Assembly: GCF_031769215.1 (NCBI RefSeq)
Contig: NW_026782152.1
Location: forward strand, 434,001-498,000
Source of the DNA: Ylistrum balloti
Taxonomy: Eukaryota
DNA: 64,000 nucleotides
Reading direction: 5' to 3'
Shown here: piece after piece, positions 50,311 through 63,170 of the stretch
How the letters are laid out: each line of letters begins with the position of its first letter
How positions within the stretch are numbered: the stretch's first letter is position 1
The notes under the pieces: generated by a model
What the model was told of the DNA's origin: nothing
Seen by the model: only the letters and a program-made list of their open reading frames with translations
Databases searched by the model: none
Program-made: the position numbers and the translations under genes

Positions 50311-53300
50311 ATGGAGGAACAGTCAAGAAACGTTTGGATCAAGCAAGGTTATATTTATTTGTCATTTCATTTCCTCATTGATGATGACGTTGCAGCTGGT
50401 GCCCGGGTAACAGCACCCACCCTGCAGATCATGCATCTTATGACTATCCTTCCACCCTTATCTACAGACATTAGTACATATGCTAGCCTATTTCTTACGA
50501 AAACACACGACTGTAATATATATATTTTCCGACTTCCCTAAGGTTCCGAAATCGGACATTAAATAAATTGTATAACGTATGGTGTTTTGACAAGAGGAAA
50601 ACGTTGAAAGGTATATGCTTATTTAAAATACAAGTTCCTTACAGGCATGTAATGCATGGGAAAGAGGGGTCCATGTTACTTATTGCTGCTTGAGGCCACT
50701 GGCTGAAGCCTTGATAGTCTCAGTTATGGCACTGTTGACAGTTTTCTCATCGAGCAGGTTCCAGACAATATATTCTCGCATCTGGAACGTTGTATCCCTT
50801 ATTGTGGTTACATGAATGTGTTTTCTATTGTGTTGCTATAGAAGAAACCACTGAAATCTTCCAGGTGTATTTTTCGTCATTGCCTTTCAGGTGTCAGGAA
50901 ATTTGATTTGGGTAACAATGGTAATATCCCCACAACCACTTTGAAGTATAGTGTTATGTGTAACATTTGCCTGCAATCTGCTTATAAAGTCAGACCTCTG
51001 GTCCATGAATAGTTTAGTTACCCAACCCTCTCCTCTGCTGCTGTAGATGCCACATATGGAAAATACAGTATTGTGCTGGCCCTCTTTAGGGTTGCTATGT
51101 GGTATTGGTAGTATGGATCCCAATTGATGCATCCACACTCATAGATTGACCTACAAAAGGCAGATGTAGGCAGACTTTAAGCAGTGTTTCTGATTGCAGA
51201 TAACGGAACTGAGGGAAAAATGGGCCATTTTGACAGACTTTGTAGTGTTCAAGGTCAACTTCATGTTTTCATTGATGAGAAGTTCAAGGTAGAAGCACTG
51301 ACTAATTTGCTTGAGAATCTGACCACTGAGAGAGTTTCTTAATGTCAATGCAAATAACTGAACATTTCTTTGAGTTGAACTTCATGGCTCAGTCTGTTGT
51401 CAAGCATTCAGGGTTGTAATATAAAGTAATACTTAGAGACTGTGAGATGTCCTCACTAAACACTAGCTTTTTCCCAAATGTTATTCTTTAGGATGTCTTA
51501 CTTTAGTACACTCAGATTCTCCTGTCTCCTAGATTTTACAAAACACCAGAATGGTTTGGTATTATTTGTACTAAGGTTCTTCTCAATGGTCTTATTTATA
51601 TAAGATACTTCTGCCTTCTTAAACTCTTGCTTACATTAACATTAGAATGCCTTGAATTCCTGCCTATTTTCATGTAATTACCCTTGTTAGTAATTAATTT
51701 TTTGTTTCACATAATGGCAGGTTCCTTCTGTCTTATGATTTTTAGTTTCTTTACTTTCTTTCTGGTTATAAGTTAACAAATGGTCTAATTTCTTTAAATG
51801 TCAAAGTTGGCCTTTGTAATTAATCTGTTGAAAAGGCATCTCAATCATATCATTACATATGTTAACAAATCTAGAAAATCATCTGACAAGTTTCGCAACA
51901 AATTATAGAATGACCTGTGAGTTTTGTCTGACAACAAAGTACGATGTATACCACATGAGCAATAACTCTGTCTGACGCTTAGTGTCTGAACTGGCTACTA
52001 ACAAAGTGAAAGGAATTTAGTTCATGTGGACAACAAAATTTCATGGATGATTGAAATTGATGTGATAGTGAGTCATGCTTTGAACTCAGGCTGATACAAG
52101 TAGGAACTTTATTTATAGCACCTTACACATAGATATGCATTTTAACCTCATTTCTTCCTGAAGCACACTTCATCATTGAAACTTTTAATATTGACCAATT
52201 GCTACCAATTTCAAGAACAAGAGTAGCACTGGTTTTTTTTTTTTTTTTTACTAGTTCACTTATTTCACTACAAATCATTTTTGTGACGTAATACTAAAAT
52301 ATTCATTGTTCCATTAAGTGTTTAGAGGGATAGCCTAAAATGCTTGGTCAAATGATAGAATGAGTGATGAAGATCCTGTTGACCTCATATTGTAGTATGA
52401 ATATACAAAATATTTGTATTGTTAAACATAACAGTAGTGTGTAACAATTCAAACATTTTATGAGCCATCAACAAAAGTGATAGGCTAAGTCTGACATGAT
52501 TGGAAACTACTATACAGGAGAACATAGCTTTTCTTTTATTCATCAAGCTGACAATGTTTTCACTATTTCCCATTTAATTGCAGTCGCTGATTGCTAATTT
52601 ATTTATCATGTATGTCATTGCTCTAAAATGTTTGTACTCTGCAACGAAAAGAATACAAATTATGTGACTCACGAGTATTTTTTTTTTTTTTCAATTAAAC
52701 TTTTCAAGACCAAATTGCTGAAAGTAGACAGAAAGAACTATATGAGTCTAGATTGTGTTGCATGTAAACGATCAAGAAGAAAATCATAAATTCAATTTCA
52801 AATAAATTGTTTTCAGATGATCCAAAGCTGGTATCCTCCAGACATAAGGACATATTTGAGGACATCCTAGAGGACCGTCGCCACAGTAGTGATTTAGGAT
52901 GGAGCCTCCGTACCCGTGATGTCCCCGATTACAAAAACAACAAACCAAGGACAATAGATCAGATTAAAGAGCATGTCATGGCCAGTGATCGTGTGAAGTA
53001 TGCTGTGGAACAAGTAAGAATTTCAGTCAACAAAACTTTTTTCAATACTTAATGCAATCTTCCTAAAATTGTTTTTATTTTTTTCAACAGACTGATGAAT
53101 AACATCTGAGAAATCAGCTTAAAATCACTCTCATAGCATTTATTGGCATTTTTTGCAAAACTGAAATAGATATGGTGGGCTAAATCTAGACACTGATCTA
53201 TTGCTGGATAATTGTTTTCAAATCAATTAGATCAAAATACAAACATCTTCTTGTCCAAGCTCCTTTTTAAAATAACTACATTATTATTGCCATTCCCTGA

Positions 53301-56300
53301 AATTGTGTTGATTTAAATGTAATAAAATTGTGAGAATGGTAATATTTCATTTCCAACAACAGGTTTGTATGGAGAGTGGATTGCCAGCTGATGAGGTGTG
53401 GGCTCAAGCCAAGGAAATCCTTGAGGAAATGTCACATAACCTCAGACTTGGTGCTATCAGAGGATTTGCTGTATTCCTAGTCAAAGTTCTGAAAGCCTTA
53501 TTTAAAAGAATTTATGTAAATGAAGAAGGCATTCAGAAGGTAAACAATTTTGATTATTAATTTTAAAAAGCTTTGTACTTAAGTATACAACATTAAAATG
53601 ACTTGCATACATGTCCTTTTCAAACAAACTTTCTAAGTATCTTTTTGTGCTTAAATTTGAAATTTGATTTGTCTGCAAAAAAAATCTTCTACTCAAAGCT
53701 GGCGTATTACAGAATATTGAAAAATATTTACCGTCATTTATACTAATGAGGAATATTTACAGTGTGTGACTGATGTTGTTGATGCCTATAAAAAGTACTT
53801 AATGTACTAGCTAGGAAAAGTAGCTGGTAGATTTAGAATTACAAAAGTTAATGAAAGATTAAGAGCTCTGATAACTTTAATTTGACATTTTTACAAGATT
53901 ACCTGGTATACATTTGTTTATAAAGAATGATTGACATTACATTCAGCCAATGATACAACATTATGTTATGAATTATCAAAAGGATACTGTGCTATTTACT
54001 TACATTAGGACATATCTATTTCAATGTTAACAAGCACATTGTCTTTTGTGTATTACAGGTGCGGGCAATGATTAAAGAGTACCCAATATTATTGACTCCA
54101 AGTCATCGAAGTTATTTTGATTTTCTACTAATGTCCTTTGTGTTTTATCACTATGACCTGCCATTACCTGTCATTGCAGCAGCTATGGGTAAGTATGGTG
54201 GTCTGGGTAAAAATACACAATTATTCCCTTCAGCCTTTATTAAGATATTTGTTGTTAACAAGTTGAAGTATTACTTTTATTACTTCTTTACATCTTATTT
54301 GATTTCAAACCTTGCTGAAATTTACATTAAAGTGAAATATGATTGGGAAGACTGTGAAATATACCTTTTGTTTTAATTAAGTACTTATCAAATTTTCTCA
54401 AAAATTTGAATTATTTTATTTATTTTACTTTCAGATTTCATGGGAATGAAATTCTTTGGATGGCTGTTAAGGAATTCAGGTGCTTTTTACATTCGCCGAA
54501 GTTTCGGTGATGACCAATTATACTGGGCTGTTTTCACAGAGTATGTGCAGACACAAATCTGTAACAGTGATCATCCTCTTGAATTTTACGTGGAGGGTAC
54601 CCGCAGTAGGACATCCAAGTCATACTGTCCAAAATTTGGTATGTCATTGTGTTTCTCCTGAACTTTATCTGGTACTGTCTTTCATGAAAACCATCGGTCT
54701 TTAACTGCACGTTACATTCATGCCAAGATTGATCCATTCCATGGCAACAAAGATTTTTTTCTATGTTCATTCAAATTTTTTAAAACAGTTGTATGAATTA
54801 TAGAACTTATACAATGATGTTGATATCCTTGTTTCTTTATTTTGCTGTGTAACAGGAATGTTGTCTGCATCACTAGAGCCCTACTTCAAAGCTCACATCC
54901 CTGATATCATGATTATCCCTATTAGCATCAGCTACGACAAAGTCCTAGAGGAGAAACTATATGCATATGAATTACTGGGAGTTCCAAAACCCAAGGAATC
55001 TACCTCAGTAAGTGTACATAAAACCTGAGTGTTAAAGAATGTAGGTGTTTCATTAAATTGGTCATTATATTCTTTAAAGAAATATTCCCAAACCAAATAG
55101 GTCCACTTCAAGCTGTGTTTTTCAGAAAGATGTGCATCTCTCTATGGTCCTTATGACTGCTGTTATATATATGAGATGATTCTTAAAAAAATATTGGTCA
55201 ACAAGTTCAAAACCATACTTGTCACTTTGATATATATTATCTTTGGTCATTGTGCAGTTTAAATTTTAATTTTTAAAATGAAAAAGTGCAATTTACTATC
55301 TGTAGAACCTCCAATCTAGTTGAAATCATATCTCTTGTTCTGTATACATCTTCATATAACAAAGTATGAAGTGAAATGATAGGTCTGATTTCCATTCAAT
55401 TAAAGAACTTCATTTGGTTTTACATTCAACTTTGATTTGAGTAAATCATAGCTAATCAAGTATTAATAACACCTAGGATATTTGATGTATCTTTAACAGG
55501 CATTATTTAAAGCGAGAAACATTTTGTCAGAAGACTTTGGAAATGTACACATACATTTTGGAGATCCTCTTTCAATACGTGAATACTCAGTGGGGAAAGT
55601 TGACAGAAGCATCCACAACCTTGCACCAAGGTGATTGTATTTTCCAATCGGCCATATTTTCCTGGCAAGACATACATCAGTAAATTTGTACTTTGAAGAA
55701 AATATGAACACTGTTTTTCAAAGTATTACTTTGTCATTATCTAAAAGTGTTATACTGGTATTGTAGTTACAGTCATAAAATGTGTTCGTCAAATATTCAT
55801 TTCTGTTTCTAGAAATGAAAGATGTTATTGTAATGAGAGGTCAAAAGTTGATCATGGAAAATTGTAAAAAGGTCAAAGTATTGTGAAACTTAAATAAAAG
55901 GGCTTCCTGAAACTATTTATTAAATTAAGTTTTGTTGAAATTTTACATACTTTATAAATTTCCTTAAACAGGTATATTGCTAGTCTGTCAAAACAGGAGA
56001 CAGATCTACTTAAGAGTCTTGCCTATGATATTGTGTTACTTCACTTAAAACACATGGTCATCTCCCCTTGGTCCATGACTGCAGCAGTGATGGTTCAAAA
56101 CAAGGAGGGTATACCCATGCGACAGCTTGTGCGAGAAGTAGAGTGGCTCAAACGCCATGCCTTGAATTTGGGAGCATACATAGACTGGCCAGGTATATAA
56201 AGATTGATTTGATAATTTTGGAACATTTATCACTTAATACTGTTACCATTCTCAGTAAGGTTACTTTTGAACTTTTTCTTTCCTGATGATAAAGACAAGA

Positions 56301-59300
56301 CATGACTTGCAAATTATAATAAAGTGTCTAGTTTTTTTTTAATTAGATATGTTGAATGATAGAAAAAAATATATTTTGTGAGATTCTATAAAACCAGATC
56401 TGGTAATATTGAATATACTGTATATCCAACAGGTAATGAATCGTCTGACACTGTGGTGAGAAGTACACTACAGCTCCACAAAAACATTGTTACTATAAAC
56501 AAGGACGATGTAATTGAGTTAGTATCCATGGATGTTCCATCACATGTGAGTGAGGACCAGTTAATGCAGGCAGCAGCCCAGCATCTGATGCTGTCGATCT
56601 ACCGCAATCAGCTGATGCACATTTTTGTCCGTGTAGCGATGGTGTCCCTGTCTATCAATGTCTGTACCCAGGACACTTTACCTTTAGGTCAGTATTGTCA
56701 TATATTTTATAGAAAGTTAAGATTTACTGAAAAAGAAATTATTTGTGAGTACAAGATATATCACTCTGCAGCATTGATATATGACAGTTTTTGCTATGTT
56801 AAATGGAGCAGGAATTAGGTGGTACATGTATAAACTCCTTTTTTGCTATGTTAAATGGAGCAGGAATTAGGTGGTACATGTGTAAAAAAAAATATCTTAA
56901 ATGAGTCTTAAATATTGGTAATTACTAGATTTAGGAGTGAATATTACCACAGAATCTTATCTGTAATTATTTTTTCTGTGTTTTGTATTTCAGAGGACCT
57001 TTACAACAAATACGTATTTCTGGAGCATTTATTAAACAGAGATTTCATTTTTCATCCTGGTCATACAAAACTGGCAAGTTTTCTCCAAAATTTAATATTT
57101 ATGTTTTCATAGAATTTTCCTTTTGTTTCATTTCCATACATATCACACAACTACAATATACATATTGGGGAAAAAATGTGACCTTTGATGTAAAGCTGAT
57201 ACCAAGTAAATGTATAGATCTTGTTGCATTTAGTAAATAAATGTGGTAGATGAAAGGTAAAAGGGCTGAAGCTTGGATTTTTTTATTTTTATTTTTTTTT
57301 TGAGTTTGCATTATGATGAAATTCTGAGAAAAGACTGCTTAATTTCATCTTTGATATGTTTTTTATTGCAGGACTTTGAGCACTCCCTCTTGACCCTTAC
57401 ACACAACTGTGGTGTTATAATCAGAGATAATGCTATCCTTATCAAATCCTCTACCAATAAATACACCACGTTCTTCAGCCAGATGTTTGAGCCTTTCCTC
57501 CTTGGATACTGGGTATGTGTTACAGTATACAATATGATCTAGTTTATCTTATCAAAGATTTGAAGAGGTATATCAAAATTTGCTCACCTACATTTTTCAT
57601 CAATCTCATTGGACACACAGTCTAGCCTGTAAATTATGTGTAAAGTTGATCATGAACTATGGCCTTTTAATAGAATCCCCTTCAACCATCATTTTTGTAG
57701 GGCTATGTCTACATACTATTTTTCTTTTACACGCAAATAAATAAGACAAATATTCATTATACATTTTAGTTGATCTTTAATGTGTATTTACCCAGAATAC
57801 ATTCTTCATTCTTTAAGCACTATTTTATTAATTATTTCATATCTAGGATAATGTCATATAGTTCTTCTTACACTTACACTTCGTTTTTCAGATTGTGTGC
57901 CGATGCCTTTTATCATTACACACTGATGTGCATGGTAAACCCAAGGCCAAGACTCCTAAAGTAATCGCTAAAGAGGCTCAGATGTTGAGTGCAAGGCTTT
58001 TAAGGGATGGTGCTGTTAAGCACTTAGAGGTTCTCTCCCTCGACATCCTCAACAATGGACTCCATGCCCTCTTCCATATGAACGCTGTGTCAAAAGAAAA
58101 GAGGTATACTAAATGTGATTTGTTGTTTATAAGAAAGCAGATTTAAGGGGTTGTTTCTCCACATCAGTTTCATTTTATAATCATGTCTTGGTAACAAAGA
58201 CTGTGGAAAAGTTAATTTTTAGATGTAGGTGTTGGAGTTCCAGTTTCTTGTAAGGTCTGCAGGGTTGACTGTAGGATACTGCATTTTCACTTGTTACCTA
58301 ATGAACTTAAATCTGGTGTGCTGGTCTTGAATGTTCCTTGTTTTTAAGAAGTAATGATAACTTGATGTAAATGTGTGCATAGTTATGGCATGTGTCTCAT
58401 GGCAAGGGTACCTTGGTTTAGATAGACTAATAATGAGGCAGGCAAAATGGTGTTCCATCAAGTTTCCTTACACATGCAGCTGTGTGTGTTATCTAGATTC
58501 AAAAGCAGGTATATGATCAACATACATGCTGTATCATTAAAAAAAAGTGAAAGAATCATTCAGAGATATGATTCTGATGATGTCTTGCAATTACTTAAAA
58601 TGTGATGTAGTAATCAACCTCATTTGTACATTACAGAGATGGACAGGCCTATATGTATCCCAACACCATAGTTCTTACCAATATCTGCGAACAACTCGGT
58701 AAGGCTGTCATTCATCAGATGGGTCGACACACATTGATTAGACAGTGTGAAGAATAATCATCTAATCATTATGATCATGACCAGATTTTTATGCAGAAAT
58801 TTGTTATTATTAATGTGTTGATTGAAATGTTAGTGAAGAAAATATTCATATCTATTGTAACATAGGCTTTGATTTTCATTTTAAATAGTTTTAGCATAAT
58901 TTCACTTGACCAAATCAGTTGAGCATTGGCATGAGGGTGCACACAACAAGTCAGTGTTGCTATTAGTTCATTATGTGTACAAGCATGTTGATATTTCCCA
59001 GAAACTGAAACTTGTTTGGTAATTAGAGTGCTACATGAGTTCTTATTACCTGGTATGTGACAACAGAATAATGCATAAACAGGCAAGATAAAACTGGCGT
59101 CAATACAACTCTGTTTGAAAGTATGAAGAAGCTTATTCAGCTAGCTTAGATCTACTAGAAAATCACCCCCAGAAGACCATTATTTCAATATTGACATCTC
59201 AAGAGAGATGTTTCCTTTATACTGTTAAAGTAACATTTACATGGCTTTAGCAAGCCAGTACTAAACAGGGATGAGGGTAGCCTCAGGCTTTTTCATATCT

Positions 59301-59790
59301 ATGATCAAGTGCTAAACAAAGGGTAGCTGAATTGACTACTGTGCACTGTTACCATCTTAGGTTTTTTGGTCTATATTATGTTTACCATCTCGTCACACTG
59401 TTTTCGACCTTTGTATACATAGGATTATAATACAGCCGGAAAAAAAAGTTAGTTGATTTCTTACCATCTCGTACACCATGTATGTCACTGCTAGTATGCT
59501 TCACACTGGTCATTTGTCTGATGAAGGTGACTGTGTAGTCATCGAAACATCACACTTTAGTCTTCTACTGGTCGCATTAAGAACTTCTTTTCTATTGCCA
59601 TTACTAACCCGAAGAAAATGTTGCAAAATATTTACAAAACCTCTTGAATATCATTTTGGAAGTAGACATGTATTATCATATTTAAAATGTCTTCATTTCT
59701 TTTTCAGAAAAGTTCCTTGACGTTCCACAGATTCCCATGACAAGCATCCTGGTGGAATCGAAAACAGTGGTGATCAATGCTAAGTTATAG
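50311..59790 (+). CDS. GNPAT: Dihydroxyacetone phosphate acyltransferase (peroxisomal, ether-lipid synthesis), 693 aa, complete
   Basis: Exons 50311-50347, 52817-53013, 53363-53539, 54059-54188, 54435-54638, 54856-55007, 55500-55630, 55972-56192, 56433-56687, 56994-57073, 57372-57512, 57892-58103, 58637-58698, 59708-59790. 2082 nt in frame. Acyltransferase motifs [36 protein letters not shown]; C-terminal PTS1 NAKL*. Confidence 0.97.
50640..51460 (-). mobile_element. Decayed CR1/L2-clade LINE, 3' part of reverse transcriptase ORF, in GNPAT intron 1
   Basis: Minus-strand translation with stops/frameshifts: [14 protein letters not shown] ... [24 protein letters not shown] ... [10 protein letters not shown]...[11 protein letters not shown], matching the CR1-type MKFN..KC, YLG and AY..LVRS.LEY...WDP motifs. 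Confidence 0.75.
56788..56881. repeat. Local direct duplication (~42 bp, 52-bp period) in GNPAT intron 9
   Basis: ttttgctatgttaaatggagcaggaattaggtggtacatgt occurs twice (gctatg at 56793 and 56845). Confidence 0.9.
57074..57371 (+). other. GC-AG intron, GNPAT intron 10
   Basis: CAT ACA AAA CTG|gcaagt ... ttgcag|GAC TTT GAG gives PGHTKL-DFE, the expected continuity; no phase-0 GT donor nearby. Confidence 0.88.
59498..59597 (+). ncRNA. Hammerhead-ribozyme-like motif, copy B (sense, last GNPAT intron)
   Basis: TGT-CTGATGA-A-[GGTGACT gtgt AGTCATC]-GAAA-CATC-ACA at 59515-59554: intact CUGAUGA and GAAA, 7-bp stem II, 3-bp stem I, imperfect minimal stem III. Confidence 0.55.
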
Positions 59791-59931
59791 ACATATATAG
59801 AGCCAGCATCTCTTGTGAAAATGTCAATTGTTTCAACTGTCCATGGAGACTAAATGTCATGACAGAGATGTTGTATTTTTTTGACACTTTTATAATCCAG
59901 GATTGCAATGTGACAAAAAACATCGAGAAGA

Positions 59932-59937
59932 AATAAA
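59932..59937 (+). terminator. Candidate GNPAT polyadenylation signal
   Basis: First AATAAA seen about 140 nt after the stop codon; such hexamers are common in AT-rich DNA. Confidence 0.35.
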
Positions 59938-62789
59938 AAATTCAATCTTCTATATTAAAGTGGTACTATATCCAAAAACTTATATTATTGCATGATGGAA
60001 TCATCAGAGTTTCACCTGTTAGCCATGAGTCTGTTAATCATCAGTCAATCTGTCCTCCAGTGCATCAATCTGTTGACTATGTGAATAGCTTTCAATACTC
60101 TGACTTGTTTTAGGGTAAAACACGCCAGCAGCCAGGTATAGACAAAATTAGAACATAATGCTGGTAAACCTGGTTTCAGGAGTTACTCTTTATTATTTTC
60201 TTTTTTAATTTATGATTATTCTTTTTAAGAGGGCTCTTGGGAACTTGGTAACTCTTGCAACCCAATACCTGTAACTGAACTATATATATGACATATAAAT
60301 AAGCTTATGAGATGTTTATTCATGGAGATTTTTCTCCTATTTTGTTTTTTGTTTCTTTTATCTAACTGTTATATTGATTTTATTTATTTTTTGAAAAATA
60401 GAACCTTGTATCAGTTTACAGCTTATAATGATGCAACATCTTGTATCAATATACTCCGTCTTATAATTGTGTGTCGCTATACTCATTGTCTGACTATAAA
60501 TATATTTAACAAATTAAGCAAATCAATGATTTTTGTACTGTAGTTCTTTTCTTGTTATCAAACCCTTAAATGAATTACTGGTTTTTGATTTGCTCATGAA
60601 GGGCATTGAATTAACTGGTGTAATGAGAAGATGACCTTGTATGACAAAAAATTGTGTTACTACACATGTTTGATTAAATTTTAGTGCAAAATTATCATTG
60701 AAAGTAAAATTATTGGCCAGTGCAATTCATGCTATGAATCCAGCAATGTTTTCATCTTGAAAACAACGGATCATAATTTAAACATTTGACATTTTCATTA
60801 TATTGAAATCCATCAAAGGTTTCTAAGATTGAAAACGCAGCTATTTTTGTCTTTTCCTTTGAAATATATTAAGGTTTTTTTTACCTGTATAGAATCAGAT
60901 CAATTGTATGTCATGATATGTATACATGCACAACAATATTTGAACATGTATATATACATTTATCTTTTGAAAGGATTATTAAATGTAAGGCTGGTCATGT
61001 GATTGTTTCATTTCTTGATGAAACAATGGTCTCATACTATAAGGTGTAAGTGATATTGTTTATAAGTGTGTACCCGAGTATATGTAGCATATATTTATTC
61101 ACAAACTCTGTAGTGCTTTAAGTCGTTATGTATAATTCAATTGATTCCAAAATGATTATATTTCCAAGGATTGAATTTCAAACATATTCTGTTTCTTTAA
61201 AGACAAGACACATGTTTACTGCAATTTTAATGCAAAATGCAATCAAATAAGAACTTGGAAATCAATCTTCCTGTAACTATATGAAGCACTACATAGTTTT
61301 CGTTGTTTATTTATATAATCAAAGTCATCAAGTGAAGTGTGATATATTGAGAATATAATATTAACGACTTTCTCGCACGTAAAAATGACATTATTGTAAA
61401 CTGTCATTACCTTATGAAATTGTTCATATATTAAAAGCAATTCATTCCAAGATGATTTCCAAAAAGTGATTTTGTAAACAAGACTTAATACTAAAAAACA
61501 TATTTTTTCTCATGTGTTTGCATGTTTATCATGTACTTCATTCCAGACACTCCAATAATGATAAAGGTTAACATGGCCAGAAATGTATGACAGATGCCTT
61601 GTAACTTAGCAGTTAGCTCAATAACATCAAATACTAAATCAGCCAGCCAGCAGCCTGTGATATTATAGGAGTATATTCCAGATAAAGCATGGATCTTCCT
61701 TCTAGCCTTATAATTGGTATATTTCTTCTACCTGCTCAATGTTAGCATTAGGTAGATTTAAAAGGACTGTTGACTCGTCCTTGTGAAGAAATTATGGTAA
61801 GAAAATGCACAGGACAATATATCTGAAGTGATTCCTTTATAAATGTCATTCCTCTCCCACTGTTACGGATTGATATGTGAACCTGATTAATTCAGAAACC
61901 TGTTTATTCTGAATGAGAAATCCCTGTAGTGTTTGATACAAACAGGTTTTCAGAAAAGAAATCCCATTTTTCTTTTTTAGAGATTTTTAAATCTGTGTGT
62001 AGGACATTGAGTAATATAATGACAAGTGAGATGATTTTAGATTTTGAGTTTTTAAATAAGTAGTAAATCTGAAGAAAATAATTTATATCATTATTTTATA
62101 CACAGTATGATTGACATTAGAGTTGTGAGCATGGTGAACATGGTTGTCATTGATTTTGATAGTATGTAAGGGAGTGTATTTTTATTGATCTATAATACAA
62201 TAGATCAGTAAACATTGCAATGAAAGTATTTCTAGATAATTGCTCAATAAAGTATTTCAAATTGTCATCGTTTTATTCAACTCTTTACCTTATACTTGCT
62301 ATTGGTAACAGTACAGTACCTTGCATGTATGAATTAAGATCCAATGGTGTCTTTAAAGTGAGAATATAGATCTATAACTAGTAGTGATTTATGACACATC
62401 ATTTCATGACAGGACAGTTTTATCAATACAAAAGTAAAAATGTGATTTTACCAAATAGTGCCAATACACTAGAGATAATAAATGTAGGTTGAAAATATCA
62501 TATGTAATTTGTTGTAAAAAAAAACACTTCTAGTTGATATGTAATAGAATATTTCAAATTCTATCATAAATATTAACTAAGTATGGTATGAAATCATTCA
62601 TGTGTATATCTTGTTAAGGAGAAAACATTATTGGATCAAAATATGGAAATGTAGCTGTCCAAGAATAAAAAGTTGAAAAATAGCAAAAAACTCCAACAAA
62701 ATCTTTCCATTTAATTAGATGCCATACACTTGATTAATCACAACTACATATAATTTTTTGGGGGAAAAAAAATTACTAAACCTACTTAG

Positions 62790-63170
62790 TCTCAAAGAAT
62801 GCACATGAACAGAGAGGGGCAATTTCTAGGCAGGATAAAATAATGAAAATCCACGAGCAATAACTCTTCTGAAAAATATGTTATTGATTTTTTTTTTAAA
62901 CATGTCAAATCATAATGCTATAGAAGAAAGCACCTCCACTGCTGATATGATTTTTAAAGGCTTTATGAGTGATCTGTCAAAAACAGACTTTCAGACAAGT
63001 TAAAAGTTTTGAAAATAGAGAAGAGCAATAATTCTCCAAAGCATTGATAAATTGAAATGCTATGAAGAGAACTACAACTTCACATCATGTAGTATAAAGA
63101 ATTGATCAAGTTTCAAATAGATTAAAATGTAGTTAAAACTAAGCACTGACAGTTGGAGTGACAAATGAGC
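62790..63170 (-). mobile_element. Degenerate HINE-like repeat
   Basis: Repeated gagcaataactct / gagcaataattct and gatcaagtttcaaa motifs typical of these elements in reverse orientation. Confidence 0.4.

Noticed and set aside
55958-55971. TTCCTTAA next to the GNPAT exon 8 acceptor as a U12 branch site
   Set aside because: The matching donor is GTGATT (U2-type), not RTATCCTT.
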